Source of the DNA: Chrysomallon squamiferum
Taxonomy: Eukaryota; Animalia; Mollusca
Direction: 5' to 3'
DNA: 64,000 nucleotides
Assembly (NCBI GenBank): GCA_012295275.1
Contig: CM022679.1
Location: 11,470,001-11,534,000, forward strand
A program made the translations under genes and the position numbers. A model generated the notes under the pieces. That model searched no databases, was not told the origin of the DNA, and saw nothing but the letters and a program-made list of their open reading frames with translations. Of this stretch, positions 26,501 to 40,207 are shown piece by piece. Every line of letters begins with the position of its first letter. The stretch's first letter is position 1.

Positions 26501-29500
26501 CACGTTTAAAACGAACTACATATATTCATCCCGTGACAAATGTTTTCTTGCTTTAAAGTCAACAGATCTGCCTGTGTGTACTGTATGTATATGAGGTTAC
26601 GAGGTCACTACACTTTGGTGTAGTTGTGTCTCGGCATACCAAATGTTATTTTTTTTTTTTTTTTTTTTTTTTTTTTGCACCAGTTCATGGTAGTCAGTAC
26701 CTGCTCGAATTGATAGCGGTTGGCCGGTCTTTAGCCCTAAATGCAAAATGCTATAAAAATATAAACGAAATAATATGACTATTTTGTTTGCCGAATTTAT
26801 TATTACATTTAAATATCCTGGAGAGTTACAATTTAACACCTGTTTATGAAAGCATCGGGTGATTTACGACACTAAATTAAACTTTAGTGTAAAACGAGAT
26901 TCAGCAAGCAGACTCAAAAATAGTAGTTATATCAAATTAATTTAAAACACATGAATTTAAAACTGTTTTGCCGTTACATATAAAAAAACAACAACAACCA
27001 AGAACATGAATATGAACACACACACACAACAGCTAATTTAATAGAAGTGACATTTAAGATTGTTTTTATTATTAATGTAGATTCAGGCACATACCCATAC
27101 AGATATACTGGATGCGTGTGTAGATTTGTTTGTATCACTATCGGGTGAAAAAGAAAATCTTTGTTTAACTTTCTGTCTTCTAGGATGATTTTAGTTAGCA
27201 CAGCATTTGGAATCAACTGATTAGGTCATAAATTTGGAAGCAGAACTTTTCACAAACATATTTTTGCTGTAAGAGAAACGGAATGAAGTTGGATGCCAAA
27301 ATATTTTCCGAATAATATGATAGATATTGTAATAATGATGTGTTCTCAATACCGATTTTAAACAAAGGATAAAGGCTGAAAATGCCTTAGATCAGGTAAG
27401 AAGAGGCATTTCTCATTTTAATTTTGTCCATAACAAATTTATGAAAAAATAAATAAAAAAATATATTAATGTTGAGATCTCAGAAAACGACTGAAGAATA
27501 TAATATGATAACGTTAAATCTGACCTAATTTACATCCCACCATTAAAATCATTTATTTATTTATTTATATTGGTTTATCGTTGTTTGTTTGTTTTTGGGG
27601 GGAGGTTGCGGGGTTAGTTTTGGGGGGGGTTGTTTACCAGACACTATTAACATATTTGGATAAAACAAAATGTATATAATTAGACTAAATAATTTTACTT
27701 ATTAACAACAATCTTAAGAAAAAAACCCAGATATAGTTATGATAGATTCTATACGATTGATATACAATATCACAGGAAACTTTTTCATTCTTTTCTTCTT
27801 GCATAAGCAGAAACTTGAGTAAGCTGTTTAAACTTTTAAAAATACTTGAATAAAACCATTTAATGATAATCAATAATGTATAAAAGAAATTAATATATTA
27901 TAAATATTTTATAAACTTTCTCCCGAAACACACAACCATACATAAAAAAAAAAGTAACAAAAAAAAAAAAAAAAAAAAAATCTAATTCAGTGGTTATAGT
28001 CAAATATATACATAATTTGATTAATACTAAAGTGCACCTACCATCTGTCTCTGTAACTCGACCCAAAGGTGGAGATTTCAAAACCGCGTTTTTCGCTGAA
28101 TATCGAGAACTTCTTTTGCGTTTGTGTTTGCTGACAAGAAAACAAGACTTAAACAGATTCATTGTCGTTTTCGTTGAGACTCAACTGTTCAGGTCTAAGC
28201 TGCGTTGATGAAATAAACTGTCTAGTTAGCAGGACCAGAGAACTGGTTAGATGCTGACAGGCGTGACATGCCTATATCATGTACACAAACTACGCAGGAA
28301 TTTCCTTGAACTCTATTCGTGGATGCTGTAGTAATCGACGTTGTCCTTTGACGTAACGGAGTAATAATTGTTTATTTACAACTTCTGTTTTATATAATAT
28401 TTGCGTAAATCATGACGCTTACTTACGTGAAAATGTCAGACTTTGTGAAGACATAATTTTAATTTAAAAGAAAAGAAAATTACGTTTAATTTACGTGAAA
28501 CAAAAATAATTTAGAAAACCCACAGTCCGTCACATTGTTTTTCTGACTTTTAACTACAATTAAAACCTTGTATTAATGTCCTGATTTGATATTGAACAGA
28601 AACGTAAAATAACATCAGAATAATATTCTATATTGTTCACAGAAAGAACACAATGATTTTCAAAGCTCTAAATATGTGACTTCTTTAACACTCCAGAGGC
28701 ATCAATACGAAATAACTAATCATATATCGCAAAATTATAAAGGAAAAAAAAAAAAAATAATACTTTGAAATCTTCTTTTCAGATATGTACTGATATTCGT
28801 TTGCTTGCCAGCTTCAAAGAAATAGAGGAGCCGTTTGAAACAGATCAAATAGGTAGGGATATCTTTATACATTAGCCCGTCTCCTATATTTTTACCGTAC
28901 GTTTTCTCATCTTTTTAATTAAACATTTTATCATTTCAACACAAAACACACATTTATCTTTTACAGTCTTATAAAATTTAAGTACTTAAAAGTTCAATAT
29001 TATTTCATAGATAATTATATTTTTTAAATTACTTTTAAAACATGATTTGTTCTTTTTGCAGTGTGTGCCCTTGAATTAACATTGTAAATTTCTAGGTATG
29101 TATTGTATTCTGCATGCTTGTCGTATGATGGAACTTTCATTTACTAAATTTTCATATTACAGGATCTAGTGCTATGGCCTATAAGCGAAATCCTATGCGG
29201 AGTGAACGATGTTGTGCATTAGGTCGACATCTGATGTGTCTTATACAAGATCCTCTGATGACAGCGTCAGTGCAGTGGATGGAAAGAACACTTGATGACA
29301 GTGCTAACAGGTAAGACATTACACGTGCCGAAATATTTCACTTTAAGCTATTTAAATTAAAAGACACGTCACTCACCTTTCACATTTAATTCTTTATTTT
29401 ATTTTAAATAATGTGACACATAGTGCAAATGAGTTATAATGACTGTATAATTATTATCATAATTTATTAATGTTTCCTGTTGCAGAAGAATTTGTCTAGC

Positions 29501-30778
29501 CGAGGCCTTTTTGACAGCAGATTCAGTCTTAGCAACAATGCAGAACATCTTTGAAGGATTAGAGGTTTATCCAAAGGTGCAGAAATTATACCTGATAACA
29601 ATAAAAATATAGTTGAGACAAAAATAAGAGAACTGTATGATAAATATTTCTATAAATATATCATTTATCATAAATATAATATCATTAATGGGCAATGTAC
29701 AATCCATTCAGTTTTCTTTCATAGGCATATTTTTTATGTTTGTTGTCCAAAAAATGGATTCTCATATATATATATATATATATATAAATGTTTTTTCTTT
29801 CATCTGTGGATTTTCATTTTGCCTGCCTGTTGTAGATAATTGAAAGAAGGGTGAAGCAGGAACTTCCATTCATGGCTACAGAAAACATCATCATGGAAAT
29901 GGTGAAACTTGGTGCGAACAGACAGGTAAAGCAACAAAAGTTGTCTTCCTTAACAGAGTTGTCTTTCCTTCTATCAGCAAGATTTAAAATAGTAATACTG
30001 TTACACTGAATATATTACCAGTATTACTGTATTAATGTATTAAATCTGATGTTCACTGAATAATGATTTATTCTTTATAACTACTTTGACAGGGAAAAGG
30101 GCAAAATAAACAAAAACAAAATCTATTGTTTCAGGAATGTCATGAACATATCCGTGTGCTTTCTAAAGAGGCAGCAGCTGTGGTGAAACTTGAAGGAGGT
30201 GATAATGACTTGGTACAGAGAATCCTGTCTGATGGTTATTTCAGTCCAATCCACCAAAACCTGGACAAATTAATGGACCCTTCAACCTTCACAGGACTCG
30301 CACCTACTCAGGTTTGTTTTAAAAATGCTGACACCTTATTTTGGGGGGGGCTGGGGGGTAAATTAATAAATATTATGTTTGATATTTGTGGTTTGATTTT
30401 CATCTGTGGCAAAATTTGTAACTGATTTTTAAAAAAATAAATTGAAGTGAGATATTAAAATAAATAAATAAATTTCTAAGTAAAATATATTTTTTTATTG
30501 TTGTTGGGGTTAATCAAGTATGCATAAGATTACTTGTCTGTGTTTGTATCAGGTTTTTTAATTATTATTATTATTATTATTTTTATTAAATTTTATTTAT
30601 TTATTTATTTTTACATATTTATTTATTTATTTCATTTCATTTAAATTTTTATTTATATTTTTTTTTTTCATTTTTGTCTGTTTTTTCACAGGTATCTAGA
30701 TTCATCAGTGAAGAAGTAAAACCGGCCCTTGAACCTTATTCCAAGCAGCTTTCAGAGACATCAGCTATTAATTTATAA
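17858..30778 (+). CDS. ADSL: Adenylosuccinate lyase
   Basis: 13 exons: 17858-18010, 18751-18954, 19355-19399, 19513-19592, 19968-20139, 20414-20460, 20839-20929, 28783-28852, 29163-29310, 29486-29576, 29836-29925, 30135-30311, 30692-30778; total 1455 nt, 484 aa. Motifs: [54 protein letters not shown], the fumarase-superfamily signature [11 protein letters not shown], and [14 protein letters not shown]. Confidence 0.98.
21146..23500. repeat. Tandem array of ~10 diverged ~215-350 bp monomers with terminal inverted repeats (MITE-like satellite) in ADSL intron 7
   Basis: The motif TTTACGGTCTAAGGGAAATAACTC..TTTT....TAAAGCAC...AATAGGAAGACTGAGTCATTGC recurs at ~21146, 21367, 21590, 21805, 22032, 22388, 22585, 22801, 23055 and 23421. 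Reverse-complement copies (e.g. GAGTTATTTCCCTTACACCAT at ~23019) close the monomers. Confidence 0.85.
23500..23570. repeat. (ATT)n microsatellite
   Basis: Seen directly at the end of the tandem array. Confidence 0.9.
25113..28162 (-). CDS. Nested antisense gene in ADSL intron 7: uncharacterised C4 zinc-ribbon + SAM-like domain protein (~221 aa)
   Basis: Exons joined by phase-1 introns: 28042-28162 ([11 protein letters not shown]..., donor GTAGGT), 26701-26736, 25721-25957 (donor GTAAGT; CVKC-x27-CQTKGC), 25113-25384 (stop). The C-terminus [15 protein letters not shown]...[14 protein letters not shown]...KKITKAL matches the SAM consensus. The two 3' exons are well supported; the two 5' exons less so. 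Confidence 0.75.
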
Positions 30779-33128
30779 AAAGTTAAAAAAAAATATTTCT
30801 GTGAAAATAATATACTCTATTGTCGTAATATTTTTCATTGCAATGTCTGCTATACATTGTTTGGATTGGCTTTATAAGATGTATTTTGAAATATTACTTT
30901 AGAAAAGACTTTTTTATTATTACTGATATACTTCATTTTCAATTTAATAATTGGAGCCGAGCTCATTTTGTTAATTATGTCTGATGTTATTTGCTCTACA
31001 CAAATATTTCAGCTTGAATTTTAATAGAATATTATAAAATAAATAAATAAATAATTGTTTGTGTGTTTGTTTGATATTGTCAGCTTAGATTTTATTAATT
31101 GTTGGCAGTGACAGAGGTAAGACTGTCAGAAAAAGGATGCTAGTGTTTTGCCAGTTTTATGAACTACGAGCCCTAGTTGTAATCACACTTCACAAATACA
31201 TTGTCACAAATTACTGTCTGTGAAAATAAAATAAAATGTCATAAAGGTTACAAAATGAAAAATAACAGTTAAAAATCTTGAAATGTATATTAATGAGAGG
31301 CCTCCTCTAAATTATACATCCAAAAAATGAAAAAAAAAAATAAATTTAATGTAATAATAATGATTAAGTTTATCTGAATCGTAATAAATATGTATATTTT
31401 GTAATCGATTTGGAAAATTACGACATTCCAACCTTTAAATCATTTGTAACAATTAATGCTGTATGTTTTTATCAGGTAAGTACAGAAGAAATATTTAAAA
31501 TAAACAAACATGGGTATTTAGGCACTGACAAATCTTTGCCATTATAAAATAACCTGCTTGGGATCCATATAGACCAAGCCAAAAAATAATTTAAAAAAAG
31601 ATAATAGAACTGACGATTTTGGTTATAACAGTAAATTCAAAACCATCGAACCATCAAGCAAATGCAATAAAATCACAAACGTCTTCCCACGTTTTCACAC
31701 ATATATGAAAGAGAAGTAATCTTGTGGTTAGGGGTACTGCATTAAAAGCGGGAAAAAATACCGGGTTTTTTTCGAGGGGGATTTTTATTATTTTTTTTTT
31801 TTTTTTTAAATTAATAATACCAATACTAATACTAATAAATACATAAATAAATGTTAGCCAGCAGATAATAAATGGAATAGATTAGAAACATATTTTCATA
31901 TAGCATAGTTTTAAATCACGGCTATTATGTCTAGCTAACAATTTTATTTTTTGCAGCACGTACTTAAAAAAATGAAAAACGAAAACTGATGATTAATTAA
32001 TAGTTTATTTATAACTACAATTAAAAGAGAAGATACTGTATCAACAAAACTCAGACGTAATATTATGATTTTATTTTGTTTCAATTTATTTATTTATTAT
32101 TCTGCAACTTATTTATTTTATTTTATTCATTTATTTATTTATAGTTTTAAGAATTCTAGGAGTTGAGCGAATTAGCTGTGACTAACTAGTAAGTTCAGTA
32201 ACTTATTTAACTCTGTCCAGTTATGTAGTTCATATAGAAACTTCCTAAAACTGGACATGCCGTTGATGCCAGTGATGATGGTTTGATTAATAAAAACCAA
32301 ACAACATTTTGAATAACAACAGTGCTTCACACTGCACAACACTGCCTGACATAAAGCTATTCGTTATCCCTTTGACTTTTCTTTGAAAGGATCTGTTTCT
32401 TTATTTACCTTCTTTTTTTTTTCCGTTTTTTTATTCTTTTTTTTTTTTTTTTTTTTTGGCAGAAGCTCTTTCCAATGCGGCAATAAATTATCTTGATAAT
32501 TTTTCTGCCTGAAGGTCTTTTAAAAAAGTGGAGGAATTTGCGAAAATAAATAGTAAGGGCGACAACTCGTTAAATGGTATTTTTAAAAATGATATAATTA
32601 AAAGATTCGAAGTGAAGTTATGAAAAGAATAATATGGATTAAAGTGACATTGTTTTTTATAACTGAATTAACGTGCTGCCCACATTAAATGTAATGTATG
32701 AATTTTTTGTATGCCGATGCTTTACTGAATAAACTGATAGTTTAAATTATGTTAAAAGGAATTTCCTTCAGAAAGTGAAACACAATTCTGAATTCGGATT
32801 GAGACACAGTGTTTTGACTTTTGTTTAAAAAGTTGTTACAGTTTTGTTGTTTCGCTCTGTATTATTATTATTATACATTACCTTTCTAGATCTAAAATTA
32901 CCTGCACTGTTTGAATATAAATATATATGTTTGTAATTAAATTTAAAATAGTACATGCGTATTCAAAGTGTTGTATTTTCCATAAAATGATAAATATTTT
33001 ACTTTTAAATTATTTGTCTGGTCAGGGTAAATTTGTATAGACTTTATGCATATATAAAGAGTTCACATTTAAATTTAATTGTTCAATTATATATTTTATT
33101 CTTCTTTTATTTTTCACTAGTCATCAAA

Positions 33129-35223
33129 ATGAATTGTGAATCAGATTTGGAAGGAAATGCAGGCAGTGGATTTGATGGTGAAGATGAGGGTTTTCCTGAT
33201 GAATGGAATGTCATTGATGATCTTGGTGATGACTGTGAGGACAGTTCAGACATACATGACACAAACAAAAATAATGTGTCAAACATAACTAAAGAAACAG
33301 TCAAAAGCAAAGAAGAAAACATATCTAGACATAGAAAGAAAGATGAAGGAGAATCCAGTAAGAATAAAGAAAGGAATCAACATAAATCAAAAGATAGAAA
33401 ATCTCAGGATTCTTATCACAGACATTATGGAAGATCTAGATCAAGAGACCATTTTAAGTTGCATGACAGGAAATCAAACTCAAGGTCACAGGATCGTTTT
33501 ATATCTAAATCACATGACAGAAAATCCAGTTCAAGAACCAGAAATGAAATCAATACAAAAATACAAAACAGAAAATCAGACTCCAGTTTAAGAGATCAAG
33601 ATAGGTCTAAATCACACCAAAAAAGGTTGGGTAATGAATCCAAAGATAAGCACAAATCAAAATCACATGACAGAAAATTAGATCGTTCTAGTAATATGAA
33701 ACATCCTTCAGAAGAAACATGTGAAACTGAGACTTCAAATAAGGAAAAGGGTCCATCAACATCATTTTCACATTTAGAATCTAAATCATCTGATGTAGTT
33801 TATTCAAGTTCTACAGTAGAAAGCAACCTAAAGAGAAATGTTCAAATAAAATCAAGTTCGATACCAAATGAAAATAAATTAGATTCAAAAGAAAAAAATG
33901 CTCATTTAAAGCAATCCAGATTTAGTGAAGAAAAAGAAAAGAAAGCTGAGATTTTTGAAGAAATACATAAACTGAATACAGCTAATGATGAACATCCCAC
34001 ACCAGCAATGTCTGCTGGTACAAATGAAGATGCATGTATGTTCAGTGATCTCAAACAAGCTGCAAGTAAGCAGAACCTTTTTTTTTTACTGATTTTCCTT
34101 AAAAATAACTTTTATCTTTATTCATCATCAGAAAATTATATATTATTATTATTTAGCTGAAAACATTAATAATCATTAATTTGTGATATAAAGTAAATAA
34201 AAAAATTAAGATTTTGTGCTGGTCAAATCTGAGTTTTAAATAATTTTTATCACAATAGGATGAATTAATGAATATCTGTTTTTGTGTATGTGCTCTTTAA
34301 TTTTGAAATGTTAAAGATTTTTTAAGTATCTGTTTCTTTATTTAAGGATATCAGCTGGTTACTGGAGGATCTGACAGTCCTCCAAATTTCATTCCTTTTC
34401 CTAAAGAATCTAAATGCAGTAAGTCTTATAAAAGTTATATAGTATTTAGTAATTTGGGATATCTTGATTTGTGTTTCAGCTCTATATAAAATTAATGTCT
34501 TTTAACATGATGTACAAGATAATTAGTAGCTTACCAGTTATTTAGTAATAGTTTAGTGGTTTTACTAATATTTTGTTATTTCTGATTCAATAACTAATAG
34601 AAAACTTAAGTACCTACAATAATGTATCAGATCAATAAAAAATATAATTAAAAGTTGCAGCAATTTGTTATTGAATTCAAATTATAAAATAATATATTTT
34701 TACATTAATTTTATTTAATACATTTTTTTATTGTACTAAAATAATAGGTTTAATAACATAAGCAAAAAATGTGTATATGTAAGAAAAACAAACAATTCTT
34801 GCTCTTTTCTATTTTTGTTATTCAAGTATTTATTTATTTTATTTTTACAGAAAATATGAAATGGAGTGTACGTGTTTATCCCCTTTATGGATGCGATCTG
34901 GCTTTGATGGAAATGAGAAAAATTGTCAACATGTGTGGCAGTTTTGGTATCTTTTTTCTACCTGGTGCTTCTCCAAAATCAGGGTGGGTATTGATATAAA
35001 TCTTTATTATAGCAAATGTTAGCCCTTCAAATAAGCATAGCTGAAGACTTTAGACATATTGATTAGAATAATTGGGTTACTGGGGTTGTTTTTTAGTTGT
35101 CAGATTCTACACTTTTCTCCTTTCAGGCAATTATATTATTTAAATATATATGATTAACTTAAAATAATCTTTAATATTAATCATAAAAAAAATTGTGATG
35201 TAAATCATGTTATACATTCAAAA

Positions 35224-35262
<39 letters not shown>

Positions 35263-38200
35263 ATTTATTAAATTTATTTTTTATTTTAGTGACTTGAGTC
35301 TGATGATTTACCATAAAAATCAAGTTAAGCATTCACTTATAAAGATTTTTAACATGGAACTACAAGCCACAGAAATAAGCATTTTTATCAGCAAAAGGAA
35401 TCATGATGATACACTAGAGACAGGTATGAATATATCTATAATTAATAAATTCACATAATCGTAAAGCAAAGACTGCCCCTAATTTAATTCAAATAAAATT
35501 CTCATTATTCTTGATAAATACTTAGGACACTAACTCACAAAAAATGAAAATATTTGTCTTTTCCTTATGAAATATATTAAAATGATAAATTTAAAAGAAA
35601 ATGTATATCATTACATTATGCTCATATTTTTTCGTGCTTTCACATTTACAATCTTTAACATGTTTAATATGTGTCAAACATACATTTTTGTCTCAGGCAT
35701 CCATACTTAGGATATATTATTTATTTGCAAAGAATATTACATCTCTAGATTTTTTTGTTTGTTGTTACTAATATCATGAGCTATAATTCTGGCTAAGATC
35801 ATGTCAAATTGAAAGTCAAACTGTTATGAAATCTTAAAAAAGTCATAAGCTAAAAATAATTACAGATTTGGACTCCTTAAGGAATTCTCTTTTCAGCAAC
35901 ATAAACATTATGAATATCACTGGTTGCTGTGATATTGAGGTTAAAAGTTTGGTGGTCAGCCCATTTTGTCCAAAAAAAAATCAAATTTTAAAGGGTCAGA
36001 TTTCCAAAAGTATTGGTCTGATGAAGGCAGTATTTGATATTTTGGCATTTACTGGATGATTTGACTTGGAATATCCCTATACTAGTACTCAGTCCATTGT
36101 TGACATTCACAGATTGCTTCTGTACAGCATAGTGATGTCACTGAGTTCCTGGAAAAATTGTAGAATGGATATTAAAAACTAAATTAGTGACCTCAGACAC
36201 CATCTGGAATGTGGTATAAATGCAATTTTCTTAAAATTAGTTAAATGGGTCCAAGCCATTCTTGAATAGAATTATTTAAATTTTAATTATAATCTTTAAA
36301 AATGTTTTTTTTTTCTGTCTAATTTAGGTGAAATAAAGTTGAACCTCAGACTAAGTCACAATATGAAAATGAAAAATCTTCCTCATGAGGCAGGATCTGT
36401 TGGAATAGGTATGGTTATTAAAATAGATTATCTGAAAGTTTAACTAGCTGTTGGATGTTTATTTAGAATATTTATCATCAATGATATTTAAGGCCAGTCA
36501 TTATTTTATATGTGTATGTGCAGTTTTTATAATAATAATAATAAAATTATATGTTGAAATCACATGATTTGTTTAAAAAGATCATAAACATTCATAATTT
36601 TATAGCCATAATACATTGCCACATTATTATTTTAATTTTGTTTTTTAATCTGTCACTATAAGAAATCTAGAAAATACCTCTACCCAAAATGCTAAGTATT
36701 GTCAGTTTGTGTCCATTTTAATATCCACCAGTGTGAAACATAATATTTGATTTACCAGCCGAATGATTACCAGATAATATATTTTTCAAGTTATACAGGA
36801 TAGTTAACAATTGCAAATCAGTTGTGCAAGAAAAAAATTCTCATTAGTTTAGGAATATATTTATTCGAATTTTATTTAATATGGTTTAAAGATAACTTTT
36901 TTTTTTAGATTTAAATTTTTGTTTTTATATAAATAAATATCTAGGCTTTTAATATACTGTAAGCAATGAAATATGTGCCAATTAGAAAATGTTATCCTAG
37001 GATATGTTTACCTGAGGTAGTTTTGCATGTATGAGCTGAAAAGGGTATTCCAACATTTATTCCAACTAACCAACGTTTATGTGTAAAACTGATCATCTGA
37101 GTCACAGAGGTTCTTCACAGAACAACTACATGCAGTAGAGAAGTTGGTCTTTTTTCCAGGAAGAAACGGGTCTTTTTCAGCAATGATCATTTTAAGCAGA
37201 AGATATTTCATGGAAGGACAGTTCCAGTCAAGAAAGGATGCTTTTTCAGGTTAAATGTGACAAATTTCTGTCTGGTTCCACTTGTTGTTTTATTAACCAA
37301 GAAGACAGTATGGCACTGTTTCATATTGACTTTTGGTGGCATTTAAGGTGATGAATTTTTTATCATTGCCTTCTGAAATCTGAAATTTTGGTATTTTGGT
37401 ATGAGAGGTTGTGATTGTCCTATTTATTTGCATGTGTATTCTCTGTAGAAGACTTAACATTATATATCATGGAATGACTGTCAAGTCACAAAGATCACTA
37501 ATGTTGGACAACAGAGGTCTTGTATTTCTGAGGACCAGTTAATGAATATATTTTAACCCTTGTAACAGCCTGAAATGAATTGTTTATTTTGGTGAAGGAA
37601 ATAATTACAACAGGAATTCATCTACAACTAAGAAATGAGTTCTGAAGAAGACTAACCAGCCTTTCTACATATATTTTTACACATGATGTCTGATGTGACC
37701 TTATCTGTTTGAACACAGGAATTACACTTTACATTTCACCTCTGAAGGCAAACTGAATGGAACCAAGATTGTTTTGATTTGGATGAAAAGCAAATCTGAA
37801 AACATCATTCTGAAGACAGAAGATTTTTGGAAGCTGATGTTGGAAAAAAGGTCTTTCATATGCAAAGTAGGATGAAAGAATGTTAATGAATTTAAAAATA
37901 TAATAAATTTTGGGGTTTTATTGTAAATGTTTGCTTTTGAATGATTATCAAAGACTTTGAAATCAAGATTTGCATCTGTGACGCTGTGGCTATGGAAAGC
38001 AACTCAAAGGAACTAATATCTGAGGTTTTACAGAAGTTCTCTACCTTTGAAATTATAAACTTTGATTCATGAAAGCTTTAAACACTTTTTATTAAGGACA
38101 TAGAAGTTTTACAAAACAGAAAATAATACAATTATTATTGCTGATTAATTGAAAATATATAATAATGTAGAAATTACTATATTAAATTTAAAGTTTACTG

Positions 38201-40171
38201 AACAGATAAATATTTTATTCCATTTTATATATTTACTCTTTCTGAGATGTCTGTAAGACACTGTTTTTCTTAATAATATCCAATTTCAATTTTTTTTTTT
38301 TTTTTTTTTCACAAATGATTCATTTCCTAATGTTAAATTGTATTTTACAAAACTGATATCATAAATCAAGGATATTTTTTTTACTGTCATAAGCTCATAC
38401 TGATAATCATTTATCATTTTTATTTCATTCTTCAGAGATTTATAGTTTAGTTGATTGGATATTAGATATCTTGGACTACGTGATCATAATATAATTTATC
38501 TAAAATGTTTTACTGGTCTGTTATTAAATTTGTGCATAAACATACAGAAGTAATGCAGAGATATTGAATTAAAATTCAGATCCAGCCAGTTTATCATTTC
38601 TGAATAATGAAAATGTGTTGTGTTTTTTTTGTTTCAAATAATATAAGAATAGTTTTTATTGTTTCTAAGTTCTAAGTTTACATTGTTGCTTTGCAGCAGT
38701 GAGTTTCCAGCAGGGCGACCTATTGTTTGTTTTTGTAGAGAAGATGTATAGATTTCTTTTTACAGGCAATCCAGAAAATCGATCTATTTTTGTTAAAAAT
38801 GTTCCCAAAGGAACATCTACAGAAATAATGGAGGTGCTGTTTCCAATTTCCAGCAAGATTACACTCTCACAAGAGAGTAAGAAAGAAATGATGGGGTAAG
38901 TAAAAAAACAAAAGGCAGTGGGCATTGCTGTTTTGTACTTATTTATCTTCTTCAGCAGTGGTTGATTTTCCAAAACTTTATTACAGTTATGCTGTTTATT
39001 ATCGTTTTTGTTTTTTGTTTTTATTAAAATTTGGTACTGATGATGGAAGTGTATGCTTTATTTATACGTATCTTGTGTTTGTTCTGGAAGACTTCCCCAG
39101 ATGTTCAGTGACCTGATTTCTCTGAGCTATTACAATCAGTCAGCACAAGCAGACTTGATTCCAAGAATGGAGAAGATGGGATATGTGACATTCTGATGTG
39201 AAGATCTGAGTTTTCATGGTCCTAGAGATTGTATAGCTTATTAAAAAAAACCATGTCTCTGAGAAGCAGACCAAAGACTGACATACTCTGGTGATGAAAT
39301 AATGGTTTTTACCATTTCAAAGGAATAAGATAATGTGTGTGGATCAGTTTTAAAGAGGAAGTGAAATAAACATTTGCCTTGGAGTTTGAGTGGTTTGAAT
39401 ATTTATAGAAAATATGATAAACAGATAATGAATATCTGATTTTATATTTCTAAGCCTTGTTGAGAGTTTCTATTAGATTTTAAAAAACAACAAAAACAAA
39501 ACAAACTTTGGTATATAAATAAAGATGGCTTTATCATTATGATTCCTTAGTTATTTGGATTCAGATTCTGATTTTGTATTGATGTGGTGTCAGTGTGATT
39601 TTTTTGGACGGAAACAAATCAGCAAAATTTAACAGAAAACAGATTTCTTATATGGATAAAGTTTAAAGTTTATTTGTGAAGACCACTAAAGCATATTAAG
39701 TATGCTTCTGTGGAAAATGTATTTACAATTTGATAAACATATTAAGTTTTGGAATTCTTTTCAGTTGAGTGCTGAATTGTCATTTGTCATATGAGTGACC
39801 TTGTTGCAGCATTTGATTGAGAATTTCATCAGGTTTATCAGTGTTTGATGTTGCAAATGTCTCTATCACTGTATCAGTTTAAAAATGGTGGAGGTTTATG
39901 GATGAAAAAAGAAACACCTAAAAAATGTAATATATTCTACAACCAATCTGACGTTCTGCAAAAGAAGTTAAAGAAGTCCTTGAAGATGAAGAGTTCTGCA
40001 GAAGAGGAAGAAAAAATTCAGGATATAAGAAACTGAACAAACACAATAATGTTTTGTTTCTTTTAATATTATTAATACTAATTAAAGAAATTTATATCAT
40101 ATAATAAATTATTTTGGCACTGAGGTCAAAGGTTTATTTGTATTAAGGTTTGCATAAACAGTTCTGCATTC

Positions 40172-40207
<36 letters not shown>

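Noticed and set aside
27094-27270. Additional exon of the nested gene
   Set aside because: Candidate acceptors give stops or an exit phase incompatible with the downstream phase-1 exons; it could at most be a non-productive or UTR exon.
39036-39120. C/D box snoRNA-like TGATGA...CTGA in the RRM-gene intron
   Set aside because: No convincing terminal stem or recognisable rRNA/snRNA guide; an Infernal search would be needed.
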